From Candidatus Woesearchaeota archaeon (GTDB taxonomy: Archaea; Nanobdellota; Nanobdellia; Pacearchaeales; GW2011-AR1), in NCBI GenBank assembly GCA_964576755.1, contig CAZNUV010000001.1:40883-104882 (forward strand): a stretch of DNA of 64,000 nt, read 5' to 3'. Shown piece by piece: positions 17,199-26,346 of the stretch. Positions within the stretch are counted from its first letter, which is position 1; every line of letters starts with the position of its first letter. Under the pieces are notes generated by a model. The model made no database searches and had not been told where the DNA came from. It saw nothing but the letters and a program-made list of their open reading frames with translations. The position numbers and the translations under genes are program-made.

Positions 17199-18635
17199 TT
17201 TTAATCCTGACCGTAATTTTTCCGGGCTTTCAGAATAAAGTGTAATTAGTTTTTCAGATTTTTTAACGGGTCCAAGATGTCTATGTAAATAAACTCCAGA
17301 ACTTTTTGATTCAGGAGTTCCGAGAATTCTACATAGCCTATTAATCTGACGATTATTTATCTGAACAATTTTTCCATTTCTTTTTACCCTTATTAATCTT
17401 GAAAACTCTCCTACTTTTAATAATTTTACCCTCTTTTCAAAATCATTAGAATTATTTTGCATGTTTATAATCTGTTTAAATTTTTCAAACGCTTTTCCAG
17501 AAGAAAGTATATCTCTAGCGATTTTTTTAGAATTTTTAATACCACAAAGGGACATAAGTTCTGCAGATAATAAGAGAGATTTTTCTTTTAAATCCTCTGG
17601 ACCCCTGCCTTGTAAAACTTCTAAAATATCTAACATTTCTAAAACCGGACCAATTCCATTTCCAATTGGTTGAGAACCGTCAGTTAATATTGTTTTAAGT
17701 TTTATTTTAAAATTTTTTGCAACCCTATAAAAATGATTAGATAATTCTTTTGCTTTCTTTTTTGTTTTAATTTTAGCATACGTTCCATAAGGGATATCTA
17801 TTAACAAATGTGTAGCCCCTGCTGCGATTTTTTTAGACATTATCGAAGGTATCATCTGAGACTCAATATTTAAATTTAATAGCCTTTGTACTTCGATTAT
17901 TTTATCATCTGAAGGAGATATTCCTAAACTTCCACTCCAACTTAAACATGCCCCAGTCTTATTTACTATTTTTTTTAAGTCAACTAATGAAAACTCTATA
18001 TCTGCAATTGTTTCAATCACATCTGCTGTTCCTGATGCAGAAGTTATTGCTCTTGAAGAAGTTTTTGGAAGGTATAATCCTGCTGAAGCACATATAGATA
18101 CAAGAATTGGAGTTGTCCTATTCCCTGCTAGACCCCCAATACAATGTTTATCTGCAATAATCTTTTTATTAAACTTTAGGATTTTTCCATTTTCTACCAT
18201 TACTTTAGTCATATTTATTGTTTCTTTCAAGGACATTCCCCGCATTTTTGTAGCAGCAATAAAATATGCAATTTCTGCTTCTGTTAAATTGTTTTGTACA
18301 ATCTCAGATACTATTGTGTTTAATTCTTCTTTAGAAAGTTCTTTTCCTGAAAGTTTCTTCTTTATCAACATTGTAGTTTTAGTAAAATCGGCAAGACTTA
18401 CACTGATATATGATTTATTTTTTGCTTTTATAAAATCAGTAACTTCCTTAGAAAGCCCAATCTCATTATTTTTAACCATCTTTGGAAAGATATCTACAAT
18501 AGCATTAATAGATTTAGAATTTCTTATTTCAACCTTTTCATCAACGTGTACATGAAGTTTTTTTGCAGTTTCCTCATTTAAAAAAACTACTGGTCTTCCT
18601 GCTGACCAATTAAAATTTTTTACTTTAAGTTTCAT
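17163..18635 (-). CDS. deoA: AMP (NMP) phosphorylase
   Basis: N-terminal extra domain, DKHCIGGLAGNRTT, KTSSRAITSASGTAD, SIMSKK, GSQPIGNGIGP. Confidence 0.92.
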   Translation of the reverse strand: MKLKVKNFNWSAGRPVVFLNEETAKKLHVHVDEKVEIRNSKSINAIVDIFPKMVKNNEIGLSKEVTDFIKAKNKSYISVSLADFTKTTMLIKKKLSGKELSKEELNTIVSEIVQNNLTEAEIAYFIAATKMRGMSLKETINMTKVMVENGKILKFNKKIIADKHCIGGLAGNRTTPILVSICASAGLYLPKTSSRAITSASGTADVIETIADIEFSLVDLKKIVNKTGACLSWSGSLGISPSDDKIIEVQRLLNLNIESQMIPSIMSKKIAAGATHLLIDIPYGTYAKIKTKKKAKELSNHFYRVAKNFKIKLKTILTDGSQPIGNGIGPVLEMLDILEVLQGRGPEDLKEKSLLLSAELMSLCGIKNSKKIARDILSSGKAFEKFKQIINMQNNSNDFEKRVKLLKVGEFSRLIRVKRNGKIVQINNRQINRLCRILGTPESKSSGVYLHRHLGPVKKSEKLITLYSESPEKLRSGLKFLSLNKIFIIK

Positions 18636-18640
18636 CTCTT

Positions 18641-19657
18641 TTATATTTTTTTAGATTTATATATTTCTATTAACAGGATTAAATAAGATATTATCAAGGG
18701 CCCTAAAATTAATCCTAAAAAACCAAATACAAGTAATCCCCCAATCATACTAACTAAAATTACTGCTTGATTTATATTTGTTTTTTTACTTACAATTATC
18801 TGTCTAATTATTGTATCAATCCAAGAAACAATTACAGAACCGTAGATTAGTAATCCTATTGCTGCAAAAGGTCTTCCACTGATAAATAAGAAAATGCTTA
18901 CTGGAACCCAGATTAACCATGGGCCAATAACTGGTAACACCCCTAAAATAGTTGAAAAGATAGTCAAAACTAATGCATTTGGAACTCCAAAGATGAATAA
19001 TCCAACTCCAGCAGATAATCCTTGGAAAATTCCCCCAATAACCTGGCCATTAATAACTGAATAAGTTATATCGCTAAATCTCTTAAAAATCTTTTCTCCA
19101 GTCTCTTTTGTCCAAGGAAAAAGTTCCTTAGCATATTCCACATATTTATCCCCCTCTTTTAATCCAAAAAAGAATAAAAACAAAATAATAAAAACATGCA
19201 ATAAAATAACTGCAAAATTTAATAAAAGATTTGTAAACGAGTTTAATATTCCTGATGCTGCCCTAGAAACCATAGTATCAAATGCAACAGAGACTGTTTG
19301 AGTAAAATCTGCTGAAGAAAATATCGATGGGAAAAATTCTTGTAAGGCTGGGGCAAGCTCTACTCTCTGAAGAGAAGTATACATTTCAAACCCTTGTCTA
19401 ATAACCAGGGGGGTAAAAAACCAGATAGGTAAAATTATTATAATGATAAAAAAAGTACATATAATGAGTGCAGCCAAGTTTTTTGAACGAACCCATTTAA
19501 AAAGAATCTTATAAACTGGGTAAAAGATAAATGCTAAAATTAATCCAAAAATAGAAGAAAGTAAAATGGGTTTTAGAATTATAAAAGATAGAATCATCAA
19601 GATTGCTACAATGAGGATATTAGCAATTGTTCTAAAATGTTTCTCGTCAACTAACAT
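18641..19657 (-). CDS. AI-2E family (UPF0118) transporter
   Basis: Multi-TM; LPVIGPWLIWVP, MIGGLLVFGFLGLILGP. Confidence 0.88.
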   Translation of the reverse strand: MLVDEKHFRTIANILIVAILMILSFIILKPILLSSIFGLILAFIFYPVYKILFKWVRSKNLAALIICTFFIIIIILPIWFFTPLVIRQGFEMYTSLQRVELAPALQEFFPSIFSSADFTQTVSVAFDTMVSRAASGILNSFTNLLLNFAVILLHVFIILFLFFFGLKEGDKYVEYAKELFPWTKETGEKIFKRFSDITYSVINGQVIGGIFQGLSAGVGLFIFGVPNALVLTIFSTILGVLPVIGPWLIWVPVSIFLFISGRPFAAIGLLIYGSVIVSWIDTIIRQIIVSKKTNINQAVILVSMIGGLLVFGFLGLILGPLIISYLILLIEIYKSKKI

Positions 19658-19767
19658 AAATTATTCAAGCTAATCTTATTTATAAGGTTTATGAAGAGTT
19701 CAAATGAAATATAATATAAAATTAATTACCTCAAAAACTTTATAAACTGAAGAGTAATTTTTTACTT

Positions 19768-20472
19768 ATGATTATTAAAAAAGTTTTTAGAGGGATAAGC
19801 GATGATTCTGTCCATTCTGATTTTCTGAAATTTAGTCGAGGGGAATTTAAAGATAAATATCTAATCCAAGCAAAAAAACAATCAACCCAATGGATTATCA
19901 AATCTGGCTCAGAATATGCAAATTTCTTAGTTAAGAAAGGGTTAGAAAAAGTAAATGGAAAAATTTCTATGAAAGGAATTCTTGTTTCTACATTTGATTT
20001 AACTAAAGAGATTGGTTTTGAGATACAAAAGACTAAAAATTTTATGGGCATCAGGCAAATAGTCATTGATACAGAAGTAGAACCAAAACAGATTTTAGAT
20101 TTTATGGAAAAGTACCCTAGAGTTTTTTTTGCCTTAACATTTTCTATACCAGGTTATGATTTAAAGGTCAAAGCAAAAGCTCCTAAATCTGCAAAACCTT
20201 CTACAAAAAAAGATCAGGAAATAAAGATAGATTTTTGTTCACTTAAAACTACAGATTCAAATATTGTAAAAGAATTATTTTTTGATTTTCCAGAATTTAA
20301 AGAGATTAGAATTAGTCACACAATAAAAATTGATAATATAATCTATCCTAAAGATTTGAAAAACATGAAACCAGAAGAGATTAGAGAAAAAAGCAAGCGT
20401 GTAGGAATTGTAATTAGGAATATTGATATTGATGGGCAAAAAAAAGTATCTGAAGCAAAGTTCGAGGCATAA
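19768..20472 (+). CDS. Hypothetical basic protein upstream of the r-protein cluster
   Basis: 234-aa ORF with its own TTTATAAA box 21 nt upstream; function not recognised. Confidence 0.7.
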   Translation: MIIKKVFRGISDDSVHSDFLKFSRGEFKDKYLIQAKKQSTQWIIKSGSEYANFLVKKGLEKVNGKISMKGILVSTFDLTKEIGFEIQKTKNFMGIRQIVIDTEVEPKQILDFMEKYPRVFFALTFSIPGYDLKVKAKAPKSAKPSTKKDQEIKIDFCSLKTTDSNIVKELFFDFPEFKEIRISHTIKIDNIIYPKDLKNMKPEEIREKSKRVGIVIRNIDIDGQKKVSEAKFEA

Positions 20473-20529
20473 TCATTAAAGAATTCTAAAGCAAAAGCCT
20501 TAAAAACCCCAAAAAACTCTAAATTTTAG

Positions 20530-20670
20530 GTTATAGTAGAAGCTTAAAACTTAAATGTTTAGGCTAATTAATTTTGACTTGGTTGAGTCAGATACAATAG
20601 CAAACTGCTAATTTGCTTGAATATCGATTGAGAACTAGTGTAAACTAGAGTAGTCTAGCTTACAAAATAA
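20530..20670 (+). promoter_or_regulatory. Candidate structured 5' leader RNA of the rpl3 operon
   Basis: Nested helices TAGGCTA/TAGTCTA and TTAATT/GATTGA enclose hairpins TGACTT/GAGTCA, AGCAAA/TTTGCT and CTAGT-GTAA-ACTAG. Confidence 0.55.
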
Positions 20671-20700
20671 TTTTCAAGATAAAAAAACAAAAAGTAAAAA

Positions 20701-21666
20701 ATGACAGACCATAGAATAAGAAGCGGAAGTTTACAGTTTTGGCCTAGAAAAAGGGCTAAAAAGATTTTACCTAGTGTTAACTGGAATGCTGTAAAAAGTG
20801 AAAGTAAAATTAATGGGTTTATAGGATATAAGGTTGGGATGATTTCTGTTTATGCAAAAGATAACACTGCAGATTCAATGACTAAAAATAAAAAAATTAT
20901 AATTCCCACAACAATATTAGAGTGTCCAAAAATGAAAATATATTCTGTTAGATTATACAAAAATAATAAGGTTTTGCAAGATGTAATAGTAGGATTTGAT
21001 AAAGAACTTAAAAGGAAATTAAAAAAACCAAAACAGATTAAAGATATCACAAAAGAATTAGAAAAAATAAAACAAGAATATGATGATATCAGAGTTATTG
21101 TCCATTCTGATGTAAAATCTACTGCAATAAAGAAAACTCCAGACTTAATTGAACTAGGATTGGGTGGAAGTAGAGAAGATAAACTAAGTTTTATTAAAGA
21201 AAAAATAGGTAAAGAAATTTCTATTTCTGAAGTTTTTAATAAAACTGATGGGGAAAACATTACTATAGATGTAAGGGGTGTAACAAAAGGGTTTGGAACT
21301 CAAGGACCTGTTAAAAGATTTGGGATTACATTAAAGTCATATAAATCTGAAAAAGGAAGGCGAAGACCTGGAAGTATTGGTCCTTGGCATCCTGCAAGAG
21401 TTACCTTTAGAGTTCCAATGGCGGGTCAAACAGGATTTCATACTCGTGTAGAGTATAATAAACAAATTCTAAAGGTAGGAAATGTAAAAGAAAATGATAT
21501 AAATCGAGAGCAAGGATTTCATAGATTTGGGAAGATTAAAACAGACTATATATTAATAAGGGGCTCTGTTCCTGGACCAAATAAAAGAGTATTACTTCTA
21601 ACTCCGGCAATTAGACCTACAAAAAAACAAACTAAACAAAAATATGAGGTTTTGGAATTAAGGTAA
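20701..21666 (+). CDS. rpl3: 50S ribosomal protein L3
   Basis: RSGSLQFWPRKRA, GYKVGM, TKGFGTQGPVKRFG, AGQTGFH. Confidence 0.97.
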   Translation: MTDHRIRSGSLQFWPRKRAKKILPSVNWNAVKSESKINGFIGYKVGMISVYAKDNTADSMTKNKKIIIPTTILECPKMKIYSVRLYKNNKVLQDVIVGFDKELKRKLKKPKQIKDITKELEKIKQEYDDIRVIVHSDVKSTAIKKTPDLIELGLGGSREDKLSFIKEKIGKEISISEVFNKTDGENITIDVRGVTKGFGTQGPVKRFGITLKSYKSEKGRRRPGSIGPWHPARVTFRVPMAGQTGFHTRVEYNKQILKVGNVKENDINREQGFHRFGKIKTDYILIRGSVPGPNKRVLLLTPAIRPTKKQTKQKYEVLELR

Positions 21667-21670
21667 AAAA

Positions 21671-22465
21671 ATGAAAACAAAATTACTTGATAAAACTGGA
21701 AAGCTAAAAAAAGAATTAGATTTACCAAAAAACTTTTCTGTAAAAATTAGACCAGATATTCTTTTAAAAGTTTTTGAAGCTAAAAAACTTGAAAAAATGC
21801 AACCACAAGGTTCAAAACCTGGGTCTGGTGCAGGTTATTCTGCTTCAGGAATCATAAGACATAGAAGGCATGTTTGGAAAACAGGATATGGCAAAGGGAT
21901 ATCAAGAGTACCTAGAAAAATTATGTCTCGAAGTGGTTCAAGTTTCAATTGGGTAGGAGCTACTGTTGCTTCAACAGTTGGTGGAAGAAAAGCACATTCG
22001 CCTAAATCTCTTAAAAATTTAACGAGAAAAATCAATAAAAAAGAATTTTTAATTGCATTCAATTCAGCTTTGTCTGGAACTATTGATGAAAAAGCAATAG
22101 AAAAAAAATATAATAAAAAAATTGAATCTGGATTGGTATTTGACTCGGCTATACTAGATGTAAAGACTAAAGATTTTATAATAACAATGAAAATTTTATT
22201 TAAAGATAATTTTAATAAGATTATTAAAACAAAATCTATAAGGGCGGGACGTGGAAAATTACGTGGTAGAAAATATAAATCAAATGCTGGACTATTATTT
22301 GTTATTTCTAGTGAAGAAAAAATGAAAAGATCTGGAATAGATGTTGTAAAAGTTAAGGAATTAGATATAACTAATTTGGCACCGAATGGTGTTGCTGGAA
22401 GAATTACTTGTTATACTGAAAGGGCAATTGAAGAAATTGAAAAAGTTTTTGGGAGGAAAAATTAA
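21671..22465 (+). CDS. rpl4: 50S ribosomal protein L4
   Basis: GKGISRVPR, GGRKAH, RAGRGKLRGRKY, LAPNGVAGR. Confidence 0.95.
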   Translation: MKTKLLDKTGKLKKELDLPKNFSVKIRPDILLKVFEAKKLEKMQPQGSKPGSGAGYSASGIIRHRRHVWKTGYGKGISRVPRKIMSRSGSSFNWVGATVASTVGGRKAHSPKSLKNLTRKINKKEFLIAFNSALSGTIDEKAIEKKYNKKIESGLVFDSAILDVKTKDFIITMKILFKDNFNKIIKTKSIRAGRGKLRGRKYKSNAGLLFVISSEEKMKRSGIDVVKVKELDITNLAPNGVAGRITCYTERAIEEIEKVFGRKN

Positions 22466-22471
22466 AATAAA

Positions 22472-22714
22472 ATGTTACAAAAAATAAAAGCTACAGAAAA
22501 AATAGTAAAAATGATTGAAATTGATAATCTTCTTGTTTTTGAACTAGATAGACAATTTTCAAAGGTGATGATTAAAAAAGAAGTTGAAGATTTATTTAAT
22601 GTAAAGGTTAAAAGTATTAGAACTCTAACGAGAAAAAATAAGAAAATAGCCTATATAAAACTAAAACCAGAATATCAAGCAATTGATATTGCAACAAAAT
22701 TAGGAGTAATGTAA
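22472..22714 (+). CDS. rpl23: 50S ribosomal protein L23
   Basis: TEK, KKEVEDLFNVKV, KIAYIKL, IATKLGVM; operon order. Confidence 0.93.
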   Translation: MLQKIKATEKIVKMIEIDNLLVFELDRQFSKVMIKKEVEDLFNVKVKSIRTLTRKNKKIAYIKLKPEYQAIDIATKLGVM

Positions 22715-22727
22715 TAACTAAAATAAA

Positions 22728-23429
22728 ATGGGTAAACGAATAATTCAACAAGCAAGAGGGCATGGAAGCCATACTTATAGAGTTAAAAGAAAGGCATTTT
22801 CAGTAAAACCAAAATACCCTGGAAATCTTGATGGAGAATGGGAAATAGTTAAACTATTTGCTTCTGCAGGCCATAGTTCTCCTATTGCAAAATTAAAGAA
22901 AATTAAATCAACTGAAGTCTTCTATAATATAGCTGCAGAAAAAATATATGAGGGTCAAATAATCAAAATAGATGGACATAATACAGGAGATATTTCAAGA
23001 ATTGGTGACTTAAAAAATAATACATTTGTATTTAATATTGAAAGTAGACCAAAAGATGGAGGGAAATTAGTAAGAAGTGGAGGAAACTTTGGAACAATTG
23101 TCGGGAAAAAGGGAGAGACTGTTATTGTTAAAATGCCTTCAAAACAAGAAAAACACTTCCATTCACAATGTAGGGCAACAGTTGGTACAACTGCAGGAGA
23201 TGGAAGGTTAGATAAACCAATATTAAAAGCAGGAAAACAATATCATATTAAAAAAGCAAAATCTAAACTATGGCCAAGAACTTCTGCAGTAGCAATGAAT
23301 GCAATTGATCATCCATTTGGATCTGGTAGAGGTAAGAGAATCAAAAGTAAGATTGCAAAGAGAAATGCGCCAGCAGGAAGAAAGGTAGGTTTACTAAGGC
23401 CTAGAAGAACTGGAAGGAGGAAAAAGTAA
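22728..23429 (+). CDS. rpl2: 50S ribosomal protein L2
   Basis: MGKRIIQQARG, AMNAIDHPFGSG, APAGRKVG. Confidence 0.96.
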   Translation: MGKRIIQQARGHGSHTYRVKRKAFSVKPKYPGNLDGEWEIVKLFASAGHSSPIAKLKKIKSTEVFYNIAAEKIYEGQIIKIDGHNTGDISRIGDLKNNTFVFNIESRPKDGGKLVRSGGNFGTIVGKKGETVIVKMPSKQEKHFHSQCRATVGTTAGDGRLDKPILKAGKQYHIKKAKSKLWPRTSAVAMNAIDHPFGSGRGKRIKSKIAKRNAPAGRKVGLLRPRRTGRRKK

Positions 23430-23431
23430 AA

Positions 23432-23836
23432 ATGGTAAATATTGCAGTTGGTGGAAGAGAAAAATTATTCCGAGGTAAAAACATAGAAGAATTAAAACAA
23501 ATGGACGTTAGAGAATTTGCAAAATTGTTAAAATCAAGACAAAGAAGAACAATTATGAGAAATTTCCATGTTATTGAAGATTTTATTCAGAGAACAAAAA
23601 AGAAAATAGAAAAAAATAAACCAATTAAAACACATAAAAGAAGTCTGATTATTGTTCCAAAATTAGTTGGTTTGACAATTGGAGTTTATAATGGAAAAGA
23701 ATTCGTACAAGTTAAAATTGGAGAGGAAATGTTAGGCCATAGATTAGGAGAGTTTTCATTAACAAGAAGAACGGTTAAACATGGGGCGGCAGGTGTTGGA
23801 GCTACTAGATCAAGTGCAGCACTTTCTGTTAAATAA
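23432..23836 (+). CDS. rps19: 30S ribosomal protein S19
   Basis: VYNGKEF, MLGHRLGEFSLTR, GVGATRSS. Confidence 0.96.
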   Translation: MVNIAVGGREKLFRGKNIEELKQMDVREFAKLLKSRQRRTIMRNFHVIEDFIQRTKKKIEKNKPIKTHKRSLIIVPKLVGLTIGVYNGKEFVQVKIGEEMLGHRLGEFSLTRRTVKHGAAGVGATRSSAALSVK

Positions 23837-23838
23837 AA

Positions 23839-24375
23839 ATGGTAGAAGATAACAAAAAATCAATTGAAAAAGAAATGGTAGAAGAAGAAAAGGTAGACGT
23901 TAAAATGAAAGAAGAAAAAATAAAGCCAGTAGAAGAAAAAAAATCAGTAAAAAAGGATATCCAACCAAAAGAAAAAGCGGTTGTTAGAGGAATGTCTTTA
24001 CATATCAGTTCAAAAAACAGTTTTGCAATCTGTAAATCATTAAAAGGGAAAACTCCAGATAGGGCCCTTGAGTTTTTAGAAAAGGTATTAAGGAAAAAAG
24101 CTGCAATCCCTATGCCGAAAAGAGAAGTGGCTCACCGGCCTGGAAAGGGAATGGCCGGAGGAAAATATCCTATCAATGCTGTAAGAGAGATAGTGGTGCT
24201 ATTAAACCAACTTAAAGCTAATGCTAATGTAAACCAAATAGAAAATCCAATTATAACAATTGCCAAAGCAGATAAGGCTTCTAGACCAATGAAAAGGGGT
24301 GGAAGACAAGCAAAAAGAACTCATGTTTACATAGAAGTCCAAGATAGAAATAAAATAAACAAAAAGAAGAAATAA
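23839..24375 (+). CDS. rpl22: 50S ribosomal protein L22
   Basis: ISSKNSFAIC, GKYP, KRTHVYIEV; operon order. Confidence 0.9.
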   Translation: MVEDNKKSIEKEMVEEEKVDVKMKEEKIKPVEEKKSVKKDIQPKEKAVVRGMSLHISSKNSFAICKSLKGKTPDRALEFLEKVLRKKAAIPMPKREVAHRPGKGMAGGKYPINAVREIVVLLNQLKANANVNQIENPIITIAKADKASRPMKRGGRQAKRTHVYIEVQDRNKINKKKK

Positions 24376-24376
24376 T

Positions 24377-25060
24377 ATGGAAGAAAGAAAATTTATAAAA
24401 GTTAGAAAAGAAGAATTTGCTGTAAAAGAATTTGTTAAAAAAACATTTGGAAAAGGGAAAGTTAGTAGTATAAAAATTGAATATACCCCTGTTGGTGAAA
24501 AAATTGTTGTTGCAACACATAAGCCGGGATTAATTATTGGGCGTGCAGGTGAAAGTATTTCACGACTAACTGAAGTTTTAAAAAAGAAATTTAAAATGGA
24601 AAATCCTCATATAGATATCGAAGAGATTAGGAAACAAGAATTTGATTCTCAATTAGTTGCAGATCAAATCGCATTATCTTTACAAAGATTTGGGGCATTA
24701 AAATTCAAGGCAATTGGTTATAAAATGCTAACAAGAATTAAAGACGCAGGGGCATTGGGCTGTGAACTTAAACTTTCAGGAAAACTTCCAAGTGATAGGG
24801 CAAAATCTTGGAGATTTGCATATGGTTATCTCAAAAAAACTGGAGATGCTGCAAAGGTTGTAAGTAGATCTGAATCTGTTGCAGAAACAAAACAAGGAGT
24901 TATAGGAATAAAAGTTTCAATATTATCTCCAGATGCAAAACTCCACGATAAGATAACCATAAACAAAGAACTCTATGATGAAATAAAAAGAAATGCAAAC
25001 TTTGAAATCACAGAGAAAGAAGAAAAGAAAGAATTAAAACCAAAAAGGAATAAAAGATAA
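24377..25060 (+). CDS. rps3: 30S ribosomal protein S3
   Basis: KH domain KPGLIIGRAG, GALGCELKLSGK, GVIGIKVSI. Confidence 0.96.
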   Translation: MEERKFIKVRKEEFAVKEFVKKTFGKGKVSSIKIEYTPVGEKIVVATHKPGLIIGRAGESISRLTEVLKKKFKMENPHIDIEEIRKQEFDSQLVADQIALSLQRFGALKFKAIGYKMLTRIKDAGALGCELKLSGKLPSDRAKSWRFAYGYLKKTGDAAKVVSRSESVAETKQGVIGIKVSILSPDAKLHDKITINKELYDEIKRNANFEITEKEEKKELKPKRNKR

Positions 25061-25062
25061 AA

Positions 25063-25224
25063 ATGGCTGATAAAAAAAACATTAACCCAAATGAAGTAGA
25101 AGGAAAATTAAAAGACTTAAAAATAGAATTATTAAAGCAACCTACAAAAAGGAAACAAATTAAAAGGGAAATTGCACGTTTATTAACATTCAAAAATAAA
25201 TCAAAGGAGAATAATAAGAAATAA
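25063..25224 (+). CDS. rpl29: 50S ribosomal protein L29 (short)
   Basis: Not in the ORF track. MADKKNINPNEVEGKLKDLKIELLKQPTKRKQIKREIARLLTFKNKSKENNKK*; IARLLT motif; TAATG-coupled to aIF1. Confidence 0.88.
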   Translation: MADKKNINPNEVEGKLKDLKIELLKQPTKRKQIKREIARLLTFKNKSKENNKK

Positions 25225-25520
25225 TGGATATATGCCCAAATTGTGGATTACCTTTACAGGCTTGTGTTTGTAAGGAAATTGCAAAAAGTGATCAAACAAT
25301 AACTGTGACTACTGAAAAAAGAAAGTTTGGTAAAATACAGACAATTGTTACAGGATTAAAGGATGTCGATATCAAAGAAATTGCGAAAAAACTTAAATCA
25401 GAACTTGCATGCGGAGGAACAATAAAGGGTAAGACAATAGAATTGCAAGGGAATCATAAGGGCAAAATAAAACCTATTCTTAAAGAAGAAGGGTTTGATG
25501 AATCACAAATAAAAGAATAA
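25224..25520 (+). CDS. sui1: Translation initiation factor aIF1 (SUI1)
   Basis: CPNCGLP..ACVC, LKSELACGGT, IELQGNH. Confidence 0.95.
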   Translation: MDICPNCGLPLQACVCKEIAKSDQTITVTTEKRKFGKIQTIVTGLKDVDIKEIAKKLKSELACGGTIKGKTIELQGNHKGKIKPILKEEGFDESQIKE

Positions 25521-25532
25521 TAATTAAAAAAA

Positions 25533-25940
25533 ATGGTAAAAAAAGATCAAAAAAAATCAGTAGGAAAAGAACAAATAAAAAAACCTAGCAAAGATACTAT
25601 AAAGTTGAATGAATGTAAGGACGCTCTTTGTCCAGTCCATGGAACTAAACCTTTAAAGTTAAGGGGGAGAATATTTGAAGGCCATGTAATAAAAAAACTC
25701 CATGGGAGAGTTTCAATACAATTTGAAAGATCATTATATATTCCTAAATATGAACGATATGAAAAGAGAAGAACAAAACTTCATGCAAGACTACCAGATT
25801 GTTTGAAAGATGAACTCCAGGTAGGAGATTTAATTCAAATAGCAGAATGCAGACCATTAAGTAAAATTATTCATTTTGTTGTTGTAAAAAAAGTGAAAAA
25901 TAAAAAAGAATTAAAAGAAGAAGGAGAACTTAAAAAATGA
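25533..25940 (+). CDS. rps17: 30S ribosomal protein S17
   Basis: CPVHG, PKYERYEKR, ECRPLSK. Confidence 0.95.
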   Translation: MVKKDQKKSVGKEQIKKPSKDTIKLNECKDALCPVHGTKPLKLRGRIFEGHVIKKLHGRVSIQFERSLYIPKYERYEKRRTKLHARLPDCLKDELQVGDLIQIAECRPLSKIIHFVVVKKVKNKKELKEEGELKK

Positions 25941-26338
25941 AAGCAATTAGTGCAAAAGCAACAAGGGGATTAAATATTGGAAGTATAATGGATGCTTGTG
26001 ATAATAGCGGTGCAAGAATTGTTAAAATAGTCTCTGTAAAAAGAGCTGGTTCAAAAAAAGGAAGACAAAATCCTGCAAAAATATCAGATTGGGTAAAAGT
26101 TTCAGTAAGAAAGGGGGATCCTAAAATGAAAGGGGAAGTATTTGATGCAGTAATAGTTCGACAAAAAAAACCTTGGAGAAGAAAAACTGGGGAGAGAGTA
26201 TGCTTTACAACAAATGCTGTAGCATTGTTGAAAGATGAAAAAGGAAATCCAAAAGGCACCCAAATTAAAGGTGCAGTTGCAAGAGAAGTTCAAGAGAGAT
26301 GGAAAGAAGTTGCTAAAATCGCTACGAGTGTATATTAA
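25937..26338 (+). CDS. rpl14: 50S ribosomal protein L14
   Basis: DNSGAR, AVIVRQKK, GNPKGTQIKGAVARE. Confidence 0.96.
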   Translation: MKAISAKATRGLNIGSIMDACDNSGARIVKIVSVKRAGSKKGRQNPAKISDWVKVSVRKGDPKMKGEVFDAVIVRQKKPWRRKTGERVCFTTNAVALLKDEKGNPKGTQIKGAVAREVQERWKEVAKIATSVY

Positions 26339-26346
26339 AAAATAAA

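Noticed and set aside
20530..20670. Structured region as RNase P RNA or SRP RNA
   Set aside because: It lacks convincing GAGGAAAGUCC / AACAGAA..CGGCUUA or SRP helix-8 consensus, is short and AT-rich, and sits where a 5' leader would.
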